Assembly: GCA_037133315.1 (NCBI GenBank)
Contig: JBAXOJ010000002.1
Coordinates: 1 to 38,786 of the forward strand
Source: Clostridia bacterium
GTDB lineage: Bacteria; Bacillota; Clostridia; JBAXOJ01
Direction: 5' to 3'
Length of the DNA stretch: 38,786 bases
The stretch's first letter is position 1, and every line of letters starts with the position of its first letter. A model generated the notes under the pieces. The model saw only the letters and a program-made list of their open reading frames with translations, was not told the DNA's origin and did not search any database. The translations under genes and the position numbers were made by a program. Below, in pieces: positions 1-8,478 of the stretch.

Positions 1-35
1 CGGCGCTAGCCGAAAAAAATGTCGAGATTTTTGCA

Positions 36-64
36 TTGACGGTGCAATGAATTTGTGGTACACT
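36..64 (+). promoter_or_regulatory. Candidate sigma-A (sigma-70) promoter for rpsB-tsf
   Basis: -35 TTGACG (36-41), 17-nt spacer, extended -10 TGgTACACT (56-64). A structured leader of about 100 nt follows before the rpsB RBS GAGGAGG (157-163). Motif match by eye only. Confidence 0.5.
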
Positions 65-171
65 ACTACCGCTAATCACACACGCGGGGGATTCCTAAAA
101 TGTTGCTTCAGCAATGAAGTGTTTTGGGGAGACGAACCTAGCGGCGGATCAAAAACGAGGAGGAATTGGTA

Positions 172-1233
172 ATGGCATCAGTAATTTCAATGAAACAATT
201 GTTGGAGGCAGGGGTACACTTTGGCCACCAGACAAGAAGATGGAATCCGAAAATGGCGGAGTACATCTTCACAGAAAGAAATGGTATTTACATCATCGAC
301 TTGCAGAAGACAGTAAAAAAGGTTGAAGAAGCGTACTATTTTGTAAGAGAAGCGGCGATGAATGGCGAAGAAGTCATTTTCGTAGGCACGAAAAAGCAAG
401 CGCAGGACGCAATCAAAGAAGAAGCAGAACGTTGCGGACAGTATTATGTGAATTCCAGATGGTTGGGCGGAATGCTCACCAATTTCAAGACCATCAAGAC
501 GAGAATTGATCGTTTGAAGAGACTTGAGGACCAAGAGAAAAATGGCACATTTGAAGTGCTTCCTAAGAAGGAAGTCATCAAATTAAAGAAAGAAATGGAT
601 AAGCTTCAGAGAGACCTTGGCGGCATCAAAGATATGAAGAAAGCGCCAACGGTGATGTTTATTGTAGATCCACGCAAAGAGCACAACGCGATTCTTGAAG
701 CAAAAAGACTTGGCATGACCGTCGTCGCAATCGTTGATACGAACTGTGACCCGGATGAAGTGGACTATGTCATTCCTGGAAACGACGATGCCATCAGAGC
801 AGTCAAATTGATTGCCGGCAAAATCGCAGACGCGATCATCGAAAGCAGACAGGGTGAAGATTTTGTTGCACCGAGCGAACCAGAAGTTGTTTCCTACGGA
901 AACGCCTACGTATCGGATGCCCCAGAAGTTGTGGAAGCGCCAGTCGTGGTAGCGCCAGTTGTAGAAGCCCCAGTCGTGGTAGCGCCAGTTGTAGAAGCCC
1001 CAGTCGCTGAGGTAGCCCCAGTCGCTGAGGTAGCCCCGGTCGTTGAGGAAACACCTGTCGTTGTGGAAGCACCAGTCGCTGAAGAAGCGCCAGCACCAAA
1101 ACCAAAAAAAGCAAAAGTGGAAAAAGAAGTTGTAGAAGAAGCCCCAGCAGCACCAAAGGCACCGAAAAAAGCCAAGGCTGCGAAGGAAGAAGAAGTAGTA
1201 GAAGAAAAAGCAGTAGTAGAAGAAGTTGAATAA
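172..1233 (+). CDS. rpsB: 30S ribosomal protein S2 with a long repeat-containing C-terminal extension
   Basis: Translation [28 protein letters not shown]... is the conserved S2 N-terminus. ATG 172 lies 8 nt after GAGGAGG; the ORF-track start at 166 is an upstream TTG. The conserved core ends near aa 235, and about 120 extra A/P/V/E/K-rich residues follow. Confidence 0.95.
   Translation: MASVISMKQLLEAGVHFGHQTRRWNPKMAEYIFTERNGIYIIDLQKTVKKVEEAYYFVREAAMNGEEVIFVGTKKQAQDAIKEEAERCGQYYVNSRWLGGMLTNFKTIKTRIDRLKRLEDQEKNGTFEVLPKKEVIKLKKEMDKLQRDLGGIKDMKKAPTVMFIVDPRKEHNAILEAKRLGMTVVAIVDTNCDPDEVDYVIPGNDDAIRAVKLIAGKIADAIIESRQGEDFVAPSEPEVVSYGNAYVSDAPEVVEAPVVVAPVVEAPVVVAPVVEAPVAEVAPVAEVAPVVEETPVVVEAPVAEEAPAPKPKKAKVEKEVVEEAPAAPKAPKKAKAAKEEEVVEEKAVVEEVE
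937..1050 (+). repeat. In-frame tandem repeats inside the rpsB tail (2 x 30 nt, then 3 x 18 nt)
   Basis: Units 937-966 and 967-996 differ at one base (gcSccagtcgtggtagcgccagttgtagaa). Units 997-1014 and 1015-1032 are identical (gccccagtcgctgaggta), and 1033-1050 is diverged. They encode the [10 protein letters not shown] and APVAEV repeats. Confidence 0.9.
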
Positions 1234-1252
1234 TGATTTGGAGGATAAATCA

Positions 1253-1900
1253 ATGGAAATCACGGCAGGTATGGTAAAAGATCTTCGCGAGTCCACAGGC
1301 GCAGGCATGATGGATTGCAAGAAAGCATTAGTTGAAACAAGTGGGAATATGGATAAGGCAGTCGAGTTTTTGAGAGAAAAAGGTCTTTCGGCAGCTGCAA
1401 AGAAATCAGGTAGAATCGCTGCAGAAGGCATCGTTGATTCGTACATTCATGGCAATGGCAGAATCGGTGTGTTGGTCGAAGTCAATATCGAAACGGACTT
1501 TGCTGCGAAAAACGAAGACTTCAAGAACTTCGTACACGACATTGCGTTGCAGATTGCTGCGTACAATCCAATGTACATCACGAAGGAAGAAGTCCCGATG
1601 GAAGAGTTGAACAAAGAAAAAGAGATTCTCAGAGCCCAAGCGTTAAACGAAGGCAAGCCAGAGAAAATCGTTGATAAGATGGTAGAAGGCAGAATCGAAA
1701 AGTATTTCAAAGAAGTTTGTTTGCTTGAGATGGCGTTCGTTAAAGATCCGGACAAGACAGTACAGCAATTGCTGACGGAGCAAATCGCGACAATAGGCGA
1801 AAACATCAGCATTCGAAGATTTGTGCGTTTTGAGATGGGCGAGGGCATTGCGAAAAAGGAAGAGAATTTTGCAGAAGAGGTAATGAAACAAATCAAATAA
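1253..1900 (+). CDS. tsf: Elongation factor Ts (short form, 215 aa)
   Basis: [26 protein letters not shown]... is the EF-Ts UBA-like N-terminus. GGAGGA (1240-1245) lies 7 nt before ATG 1253, and the gene directly follows rpsB as in the conserved operon. Confidence 0.95.
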   Translation: MEITAGMVKDLRESTGAGMMDCKKALVETSGNMDKAVEFLREKGLSAAAKKSGRIAAEGIVDSYIHGNGRIGVLVEVNIETDFAAKNEDFKNFVHDIALQIAAYNPMYITKEEVPMEELNKEKEILRAQALNEGKPEKIVDKMVEGRIEKYFKEVCLLEMAFVKDPDKTVQQLLTEQIATIGENISIRRFVRFEMGEGIAKKEENFAEEVMKQIK

Positions 1901-1916
1901 GCATTCAAAATTCATG

Positions 1917-1949
1917 GGACATATTCTGTAAAGGATATGTCCTTTTTTT
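1917..1949 (+). terminator. Intrinsic terminator after tsf
   Basis: Stem GGACATAT (1917-1924) / ATATGTCC (1935-1942), 10-nt loop, then TTTTTTT (1943-1949). Confidence 0.7.
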
Positions 1950-1970
1950 AAAAAAACTGGAGGGATTCAC

Positions 1971-2681
1971 ATGAACAAACCAATTTACAAAAGAGTCATT
2001 ATGAAGATTAGTGGGGAAGCGCTTGCAGGAGAGACACAGACTGGCATCAAGCAAGAGATTGTCAACCGGATTACGGACAGCATTAAGGCGGTTTATGATA
2101 TGGGCGTGGAAATTGGTTTGGTTGTCGGTGGCGGCAACTTCTGGCGCGGAAAGACTTCGGAAGGAATGGACCGGACGACGGCAGACCATATGGGGATGCT
2201 AGCGACTGTTATCAACGCGTTGGCGTTGCAAGATGCGCTCGAGACGCGCCATATTCCAGTACGCGTGCAGACCGCTTTGGAGATGAGCCGAATTGCAGAA
2301 CCATATGTTAGAAGAAGGGCAATGCGTCACCTAGAAAAAGGGCGTGTGGTCATCTTCGCTTGCGGCACAGGGAATCCATACTTTTCTACGGACACGGCGG
2401 TTGCGTTGCGCGGTGCGGAAATCGAAGCGGAAGTCATTTTGATGGCTAAGAATATTGACGGCGTTTACGACAGTGATCCTGAAAAAAATCCCAATGCGAA
2501 GAAATTCTCTGAGATGAAATATATGGACATCATCAGCAACGAGTTGCAAGTTATGGACAATACGGCGGTGACGTTGTGCAAAGAAAACAAAATCCCGATT
2601 ATCGTGTTTGGAATTGATGACCCAGAGAACATTATGAAGGTGATTACTGGAGATATTTCGGCCGGAACGATTGTAAGATAA
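1971..2681 (+). CDS. pyrH: UMP kinase
   Basis: [14 protein letters not shown]... and [10 protein letters not shown] motifs typical of UMP kinase. RBS GGAGGG lies upstream of ATG 1971, and the gene sits in the conserved tsf-pyrH-frr order. Confidence 0.95.
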   Translation: MNKPIYKRVIMKISGEALAGETQTGIKQEIVNRITDSIKAVYDMGVEIGLVVGGGNFWRGKTSEGMDRTTADHMGMLATVINALALQDALETRHIPVRVQTALEMSRIAEPYVRRRAMRHLEKGRVVIFACGTGNPYFSTDTAVALRGAEIEAEVILMAKNIDGVYDSDPEKNPNAKKFSEMKYMDIISNELQVMDNTAVTLCKENKIPIIVFGIDDPENIMKVITGDISAGTIVR

Positions 2682-2727
2682 AAGATGGTTGTGTTATAAT
2701 ACTTTCAAGATGAAGGAGGAATTTGAA

Positions 2728-3285
2728 ATGGAAAACCCTGCGATACAACCAATGGCAGAAAAGATGGAAAAGAGAATTCATACGTTGCATGATGACCTGG
2801 CTTCAATCCGTGCTGGGAGGGCAAATCCCCATGTCTTGGATAAGTTGCAAGTGGAGTATTATGGTGTGTTGACACCACTTGCGCAAGTTGCTTCGATTCA
2901 GATCCCTGAGGCGCGCATGATTGTGATTCAACCATGGGACGCGACCCTGCTTAAGGAAGTCGAAAAGGCAATTCAAAAATCAGATTTAGGCATCAATCCA
3001 TCCAATGATGGAAAGTGCATTCGCCTTGCGTTTCCACCGTTGACGGAGGAGCGCAGAAAAGAACTCACTAAGACGGTTAAAAAATATGGAGAAGAAGCAA
3101 AGATTTCGGTTCGTGCATATCGGCGCGACGTCATTGATGTCTTCAAAGAGCAAAAAAAGAAAAGCGAAATTACGGAAGATGATTTGAAAGATTTAGAGAA
3201 AGACGTCAATCATTACACAGAGAAAAAATGCGAGGAAATCGACCGAATTGTGGATGCCAAAGACAAAGAAATATTAGAAGTGTAA
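2728..3285 (+). CDS. frr: Ribosome recycling factor
   Basis: The 185-aa product reads ...LHDDLASIRAGRANPHVLDKLQVEYYG...LAFPPLTEERRKEL. AGGAGG lies 7-8 nt before ATG 2728; the ORF-track start at 2689 is upstream of the RBS. Confidence 0.95.
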   Translation: MENPAIQPMAEKMEKRIHTLHDDLASIRAGRANPHVLDKLQVEYYGVLTPLAQVASIQIPEARMIVIQPWDATLLKEVEKAIQKSDLGINPSNDGKCIRLAFPPLTEERRKELTKTVKKYGEEAKISVRAYRRDVIDVFKEQKKKSEITEDDLKDLEKDVNHYTEKKCEEIDRIVDAKDKEILEV

Positions 3286-3316
3286 CTTTGGTTTTGACTT
3301 GATTCAGACGATTCTG

Positions 3317-3339
3317 CCCCTCGAAAACAGAGGGGTTTT
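3317..3339 (+). terminator. Weak intrinsic terminator or attenuator after frr
   Basis: CCCCTC (3317-3322) / GAGGGG (3330-3335), 7-nt loop, then a short TTTT (3336-3339). The short stem and U-tract keep confidence low. Confidence 0.35.
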
Positions 3340-3353
3340 GCAATAAATGGGGA

Positions 3354-4115
3354 GTGAAACGGGTGGCTTGGTTCGGTCAAGGCAAAGGCGAAAAGAAGAA
3401 GCAAGCGGTTGATATGGCAAGACTTCCGACGCATATCGCGTTTATTATGGACGGCAACGGAAGATGGGCAAAGCAGCGTTTTCTTTCTCGTAACCTAGGG
3501 CACAACGAAGGCGCAAAAGTATTAAAACGAATGGTTCGCATCTGTGGAGACATGGGCGTGAAACATTTGACCTTTTATGCATTTTCTACGGAGAACTGGG
3601 CAAGACCAAAAGAAGAAGTAGACACGTTGATGGGATTGTTGTTGGATTTTCTCATCAATTACGAGCGTGAGATGGAAGGCAAAGATATCCGAATTCGGGT
3701 GATTGGGGATGTCAAAGTCCTGTCACAAGAGATTCAAAATCAAGTAAAAATCGTGCATGATGCGACCTGTAACAACAAATCTTTGGAAGTCAATGTGGCG
3801 ATTAATTATGGAAGCCGCGATGAGATTCTTGCGGCAGCAAGGGCGTTGGCCACAAAGGCCGTCGAAGGGCAACTGAAGCCAGACGAGATTGACGCAGCGG
3901 TATTTGGCGCAGAGCTCTATACGGTTGGCACACCGGATCCGGATTTGTTCATCCGTACGAGCGGTGAGCAGCGGCTGAGCAACTTTTTACTCTGGCAAAG
4001 TGCTTATGCAGAGTTGTATTTCACCCCGGTGCTCTGGCCGGATTTTAGTGACGCGGAGCTGTACAAAGCAATCATTGATTATCAAGAGAGAGACCGGCGT
4101 TTCGGAGGGAGATGA
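3354..4115 (+). CDS. uppS: Undecaprenyl (isoprenyl) diphosphate synthase
   Basis: Has HIAFIMDGNGRWAK, the cis-prenyltransferase signature, and the C-terminal ...YQERDRRFGG. The start is uncertain: GTG 3354 is the ORF-track start, GTG 3363 is best spaced from GGGGAG, and ATG 3414 is also possible. Confidence 0.9.
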   Translation: MKRVAWFGQGKGEKKKQAVDMARLPTHIAFIMDGNGRWAKQRFLSRNLGHNEGAKVLKRMVRICGDMGVKHLTFYAFSTENWARPKEEVDTLMGLLLDFLINYEREMEGKDIRIRVIGDVKVLSQEIQNQVKIVHDATCNNKSLEVNVAINYGSRDEILAAARALATKAVEGQLKPDEIDAAVFGAELYTVGTPDPDLFIRTSGEQRLSNFLLWQSAYAELYFTPVLWPDFSDAELYKAIIDYQERDRRFGGR

Positions 4116-4119
4116 GTAG

Positions 4120-4935
4120 GTGGGACTGAGAATTTTTTCGGGTTTGACAGCAGTGGCCATTCTCTTGGTCGTGACCTTCGCGTCGATTGAAATTTTCGCG
4201 GTTGCTTGCGGCCTGCTTGCCGCATTGGCAATCAACGAATTGTTTAACTCGTTCCGCAAAGAAGGCTTTAAACCCCTCAAAATCTTCGGGTTTATCTGGT
4301 GTGCAGCCGTGCCAATCATTTCTTTGCAAACACAGTACCACTACGTGCTCCCGATTGCCGGAATCTATTTGGCGTTCTTCGCCTCAACGGCGGTTCTGTT
4401 TATCATTCTGGTCTTCAACATCGAGCATACATCAAGCGGGGATATCGCGTCGACCGTGCTTGGAACCATCTACATCGTGCTCGCTTTTACGAGTTTCGTC
4501 CTCATTCGCTCCTTGACCGATGGACAGATGTTGATTTGGATAGCGTTTATTGGCGCCTGGGCGACTGACACGTTTGCTTGGATGACAGGACTCGCATTTG
4601 GGAAGACGAAGATTTTGCCACTGGTTTCACCAAAAAAATCTCTGGAAGGCACCATTGGGGGCGTCATCGGTTGCTCCATCGTCATTGTGATTTTTGCGTA
4701 TATCAATCAAAAATCATTCAACAATCTCAATATTTACCTTGTGGTTTTGTTGGGATCACTTTGTGGGATTTTTTCGCAACTGGGCGACTGGGCTATGTCC
4801 GCGTTTAAGAGAAAGTCAGGGATTAAGGATTTTGGAAAGTTTTTACCAGGACATGGTGGGGTACTGGATCGCTTTGACAGCATCCTATTCATCAGCCCGT
4901 TGATTTATGGATTTCTTGCGTTGTTTATTCAATAG
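4120..4935 (+). CDS. cdsA: Phosphatidate cytidylyltransferase (CDP-diglyceride synthase)
   Basis: Polytopic membrane protein carrying the CDS signature SAFKRKSGIKDFGKFLPGHGGVLDRFDS. GTG start lies after GGAGGGA, and the gene follows uppS as in the conserved order. Confidence 0.9.
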   Translation: MGLRIFSGLTAVAILLVVTFASIEIFAVACGLLAALAINELFNSFRKEGFKPLKIFGFIWCAAVPIISLQTQYHYVLPIAGIYLAFFASTAVLFIILVFNIEHTSSGDIASTVLGTIYIVLAFTSFVLIRSLTDGQMLIWIAFIGAWATDTFAWMTGLAFGKTKILPLVSPKKSLEGTIGGVIGCSIVIVIFAYINQKSFNNLNIYLVVLLGSLCGIFSQLGDWAMSAFKRKSGIKDFGKFLPGHGGVLDRFDSILFISPLIYGFLALFIQ

Positions 4936-4944
4936 AGGTGACTT

Positions 4945-6090
4945 ATGTTTCATAATATTAGCATTCTAGGATCCACAGGTTCCATCGGTACACAGACGAT
5001 TGCAGTTTGCCGGGAATTTGACATCCGCATTTCTGGGTTGGCGGCGGGCAGTAATCTGACTGTTTTGCAGGAGCAAATCTTGGAGTTTCGTCCGGAAGTC
5101 GCGTCGGTGCGCACACAGGAAGATGCAAATCAACTTGCGCCACTGGTTGCAGGGTCTGGCACGCGGGTGTTGTGGGGCGAGGAAGGCATTTTTGAAGTTG
5201 CGCGGGTTGCGGCTGCGGAATGCGTGGTATCCGCCATCGTGGGCATAGCGGGTTTGATGCCGACGCTCGAAGCCATTAAAGCGGGCAAACACATTGCGCT
5301 GGCCAACAAAGAAGTCCTCGTGACGGCTGGCGCGATTGTGATGGAGGAGATGCGCAAACGCAACTTGCTATTATTGCCTGTGGACAGCGAGCATTCCGCA
5401 ATCTTCCAGTGTTTGATGGGCAATGATCGCGAAGCCATTCGAAGGATCATTTTGACTTGTTCGGGCGGTCCGTTTCGCGAGAAAAGTCGTGTAGAATTGG
5501 AAGGGGTCACTCCCGCAATGGCATTGCAACACCCAAACTGGGCGATGGGCAGCAAAATCACCATTGACTCGGCGACGTTGATGAACAAAGGGCTAGAGGT
5601 CATCGAAGCAAGATGGTTGTTTGATGTTTTGCCGGGGCAAATCGACGTGGTGATCCACCCGCAAAGCATCGTGCATTCACTCGTGGAGTTTCAGGACACC
5701 TCGGTGATGGCGCAGCTCGGGTTGCCGGATATGAAGTTGCCGATTCAACTGGCGTTAACATGGCCGAACCGCATGGCGGGCGGGTTGGAACCACTGGATC
5801 TTGTGCAGGTGGGACACTTGGATTTTTCAAAGCCAGATTGCAACCAGTTTCGCTGCTTACAGCTGGCGTATGACGCGATTCGAGTCGGCGGCACCATGCC
5901 AACGGTTTTAAATGCGGCAAATGAAGTTGCGGTACAGCTGTTTCTAGAAGAGAAGATTTCCTTTTTGGGCATTGCACGATTGATTGACGCCGTCATGCAA
6001 ACGCATGCAGTGATCGATAGTCCGACGCTCGAAGAGATTCTTTGGACGGATGCACAGGCGAGAAAATTATCATTGGAGGTTAGGGTATGA
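4945..6090 (+). CDS. dxr: 1-deoxy-D-xylulose 5-phosphate reductoisomerase
   Basis: ILGSTGSIGTQT (NADPH-binding site), LANKE, VDSEHSAIFQC and HPNWAMGSKITIDSATLMNKGLE motifs. Confidence 0.95.
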   Translation: MFHNISILGSTGSIGTQTIAVCREFDIRISGLAAGSNLTVLQEQILEFRPEVASVRTQEDANQLAPLVAGSGTRVLWGEEGIFEVARVAAAECVVSAIVGIAGLMPTLEAIKAGKHIALANKEVLVTAGAIVMEEMRKRNLLLLPVDSEHSAIFQCLMGNDREAIRRIILTCSGGPFREKSRVELEGVTPAMALQHPNWAMGSKITIDSATLMNKGLEVIEARWLFDVLPGQIDVVIHPQSIVHSLVEFQDTSVMAQLGLPDMKLPIQLALTWPNRMAGGLEPLDLVQVGHLDFSKPDCNQFRCLQLAYDAIRVGGTMPTVLNAANEVAVQLFLEEKISFLGIARLIDAVMQTHAVIDSPTLEEILWTDAQARKLSLEVRV

Positions 6091-7379
6091 TTGAAGTATT
6101 GAACACGATTTTACAGATTATAGTGCCGTTATTGGTGCTCGGTGTGTTAATTATGGTGCATGAATTGGGGCATTTTAGTGTCGCGAAATTTTTCAAGATT
6201 AAGGTACTTGAGTTCTGGATTTTTATGGGGCCGAAGATTTTGAAATGGAAACGCAAAGAGACGGAGTATTCCCTGCGCATGATTCCAATCGGCGGCATGG
6301 TGCGGATGGAAGGGGAGGAGACCTCTTCCAAAGACGAAGGATCCTTCAATCAAAAACACCCAGCGAAAAGAGCGGCAGTCATCGCTGCGGGTCCAGTGAC
6401 AAATATACTTTTTGCACTGATCATCGTGATTATCGTCACTGCGTTTAGCGGCTTTTTTGTGAATGCAGTCAAATTACAGGGCACAGACAGTCCTGCCTAT
6501 GCCGCGGGCATCCGAGACGGGGATAAACTGCTTTCCGTGAAGGGCGTTGATGTTTATGAACCAGCAATCGACTATGGACTTTTCACCTATGTGAAAAGTT
6601 ATGAGCCGGTTCCAATCGTTGTGCAAAGACCTGGTTTCGAAAAACCGTTACAGTTTTCCGTCATTCCAAAAGCGAGATATCTCTTGGGCATTCAATTTGG
6701 ACAGACGACGACTGGAAAATCAGCGATTGAGGCCGTGACGCAGGACACCCCAGCGAGTAAAGCTGGAGTGAAAAAGGGTGATGTGATAGCGTCGATCAAT
6801 GACATTTCCATGAGCACAAATAAGCAAGCAAGCGAGTACGTACAAGCAAATCAAGATAAACAAATGAAGCTAGTCGTCCTAAGGGACGGCAAAGAGGTCA
6901 GCTTTACCATCGCACCAGCAAAGACACCAGATATGAATCTTGGGATTGGCTTTCAGAAAGCACAGGGAAATCCAATCGAAGTCGTCGGGGCCTCCGTCAA
7001 TTACTGTATTTCCGTCATGCGCAGTAATTTTTACACCATTGGATGGCTGTTTACAGGGCAGGTTTCTTTTACCGAACTTTCTGGACCTGTTGGCATGGTG
7101 CGGACGATGGGCGATGTGATGACGTATTCTCCAAGTTTCTGGGATAACTTATATGCCTTAATGTTGACGGGCGCGTTTATCAGTTTATGCCTTGGAGTCT
7201 TTAATTTGCTTCCATTCCCGGCGTTGGACGGCAGCAAAATCTTACTGCTGGTGATTGAGATCTTCACCAAGAAGAAACTCAAACCAGAAAAAGAAGCAAT
7301 CATTTCGTTTATTGGATTAGGTTTGTTGCTAAGTTTAATGGCCGTTGTGACGGTCATGGATATTATGAAATTTTTCTAA
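6087..7379 (+). CDS. rseP: RIP site-2 metalloprotease (M50, RseP/RasP family)
   Basis: HELGH zinc motif in the first TM segment, a central PDZ-like region, and the C-terminal NLLPFPALDG motif. Its start overlaps the dxr stop by 4 nt (ATGA). Confidence 0.9.
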   Translation: MIEVLNTILQIIVPLLVLGVLIMVHELGHFSVAKFFKIKVLEFWIFMGPKILKWKRKETEYSLRMIPIGGMVRMEGEETSSKDEGSFNQKHPAKRAAVIAAGPVTNILFALIIVIIVTAFSGFFVNAVKLQGTDSPAYAAGIRDGDKLLSVKGVDVYEPAIDYGLFTYVKSYEPVPIVVQRPGFEKPLQFSVIPKARYLLGIQFGQTTTGKSAIEAVTQDTPASKAGVKKGDVIASINDISMSTNKQASEYVQANQDKQMKLVVLRDGKEVSFTIAPAKTPDMNLGIGFQKAQGNPIEVVGASVNYCISVMRSNFYTIGWLFTGQVSFTELSGPVGMVRTMGDVMTYSPSFWDNLYALMLTGAFISLCLGVFNLLPFPALDGSKILLLVIEIFTKKKLKPEKEAIISFIGLGLLLSLMAVVTVMDIMKFF

Positions 7380-7401
7380 CCGTGTGAAAGGATGATGCGA
7401 C

Positions 7402-8466
7402 ATGGATTACGGAAGCAACCGAAGGACGTCTTCACAAGTGAACGTTGGCGGCATCGCCATCGGTGGCACTGCGCCTATCTCGGTGCAGTCTATGACGAAT
7501 GTGGACACGAGAAACATCATTCTGACAGTAGAACAGATCAACTCCCTCGCTGAGGCGGGGTGTGATATTGTGCGGGTTGCGGTACCAGATATGGAAGCGG
7601 CGACAGCGCTTGAAACCATAAAGATGATTGTGAAACACGTACCAATTGTAGCAGACATCCATTTCGATTACCGCTTAGCGCTGGAATGCATCAAAAACGG
7701 CGTGGATAAAATCAGGATTAATCCAGGGAATATTGGGGATTTAGATCGAGTCAAACAAGTTGTGACAGCTGCAAAAGAGAGAAGCATCCCAATGCGGATT
7801 GGCGTAAATGCTGGCTCTCTTGAGAAGGATATCCTTTCGAAGTATGGAGGACCCTCTGCGGAAGCCATGGTAGAAAGTGCACTGGGTCACGTTAAAATCC
7901 TAGAAGAATTGAACTTCAAGGACATCGTGATTTCTTTGAAAGCATCCAGCGTACCAATGACCATTGCAGCTTATCGTTTGCTTGCTTCGCAGCGTTCCTA
8001 CCCACTCCACTTGGGAGTGACCGAGGCGGGTACGTTGATGACGGGAACGATTAAATCGTCCATCGGTATTGGGACACTTTTGTCTGAGGGGATTGGCGAT
8101 ACCATTCGTGTTTCTTTGACGAGTGATCCTGTGAATGAAGTGGCAACGGGAATTCAAATTCTCAAAGCAATCGGCCTGCGTCATACAGGGGTGGAGATTA
8201 TCTCATGCCCGACTTGTGGGCGTTGTCAGATTGACTTGATTCGGATTGCAGAACAAGTGGAAGCCGCATTGAAGTACTGTAAAAAAGACATCAAGGTCGC
8301 GATTATGGGTTGTGTCGTCAATGGACCAGGAGAAGCCAAAGAGGCGGACATTGGTATCGCAGGCGGGAACGGCGTCGCTATTTTGTTTCGAAAGGGGGAA
8401 ATCGTGAAGAAAATTCCGCAAGAAGATCTTGTAGCAGAGCTTCTAAAAGAAGTTGAGAATTTTTAA
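7402..8466 (+). CDS. ispG: 4-hydroxy-3-methylbut-2-enyl diphosphate synthase
   Basis: VGGIAIGGTAPISVQSMTN, RINPGNIG, and the C-terminal 4Fe-4S cysteines CPTCGRC...GCVVNGPGE. Confidence 0.95.
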   Translation: MDYGSNRRTSSQVNVGGIAIGGTAPISVQSMTNVDTRNIILTVEQINSLAEAGCDIVRVAVPDMEAATALETIKMIVKHVPIVADIHFDYRLALECIKNGVDKIRINPGNIGDLDRVKQVVTAAKERSIPMRIGVNAGSLEKDILSKYGGPSAEAMVESALGHVKILEELNFKDIVISLKASSVPMTIAAYRLLASQRSYPLHLGVTEAGTLMTGTIKSSIGIGTLLSEGIGDTIRVSLTSDPVNEVATGIQILKAIGLRHTGVEIISCPTCGRCQIDLIRIAEQVEAALKYCKKDIKVAIMGCVVNGPGEAKEADIGIAGGNGVAILFRKGEIVKKIPQEDLVAELLKEVENF

Positions 8467-8478
8467 TAGGACAGGTGT

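Noticed and set aside
114-326. 70-aa + strand ORF spanning the rpsB leader and start
   Set aside because: It overlaps the strongly supported rpsB frame and has no RBS. Its reading frame is just the alternative frame of the S2 N-terminus.
583-1446. 287-aa minus-strand ORF antisense to rpsB/tsf, with the shorter antisense ORFs 836-1162 and 906-1253
   Set aside because: It lies entirely antisense to two highly conserved genes. The product is low-complexity (F/W/R-rich), generated by the repeat-rich S2 tail, and it has no RBS.
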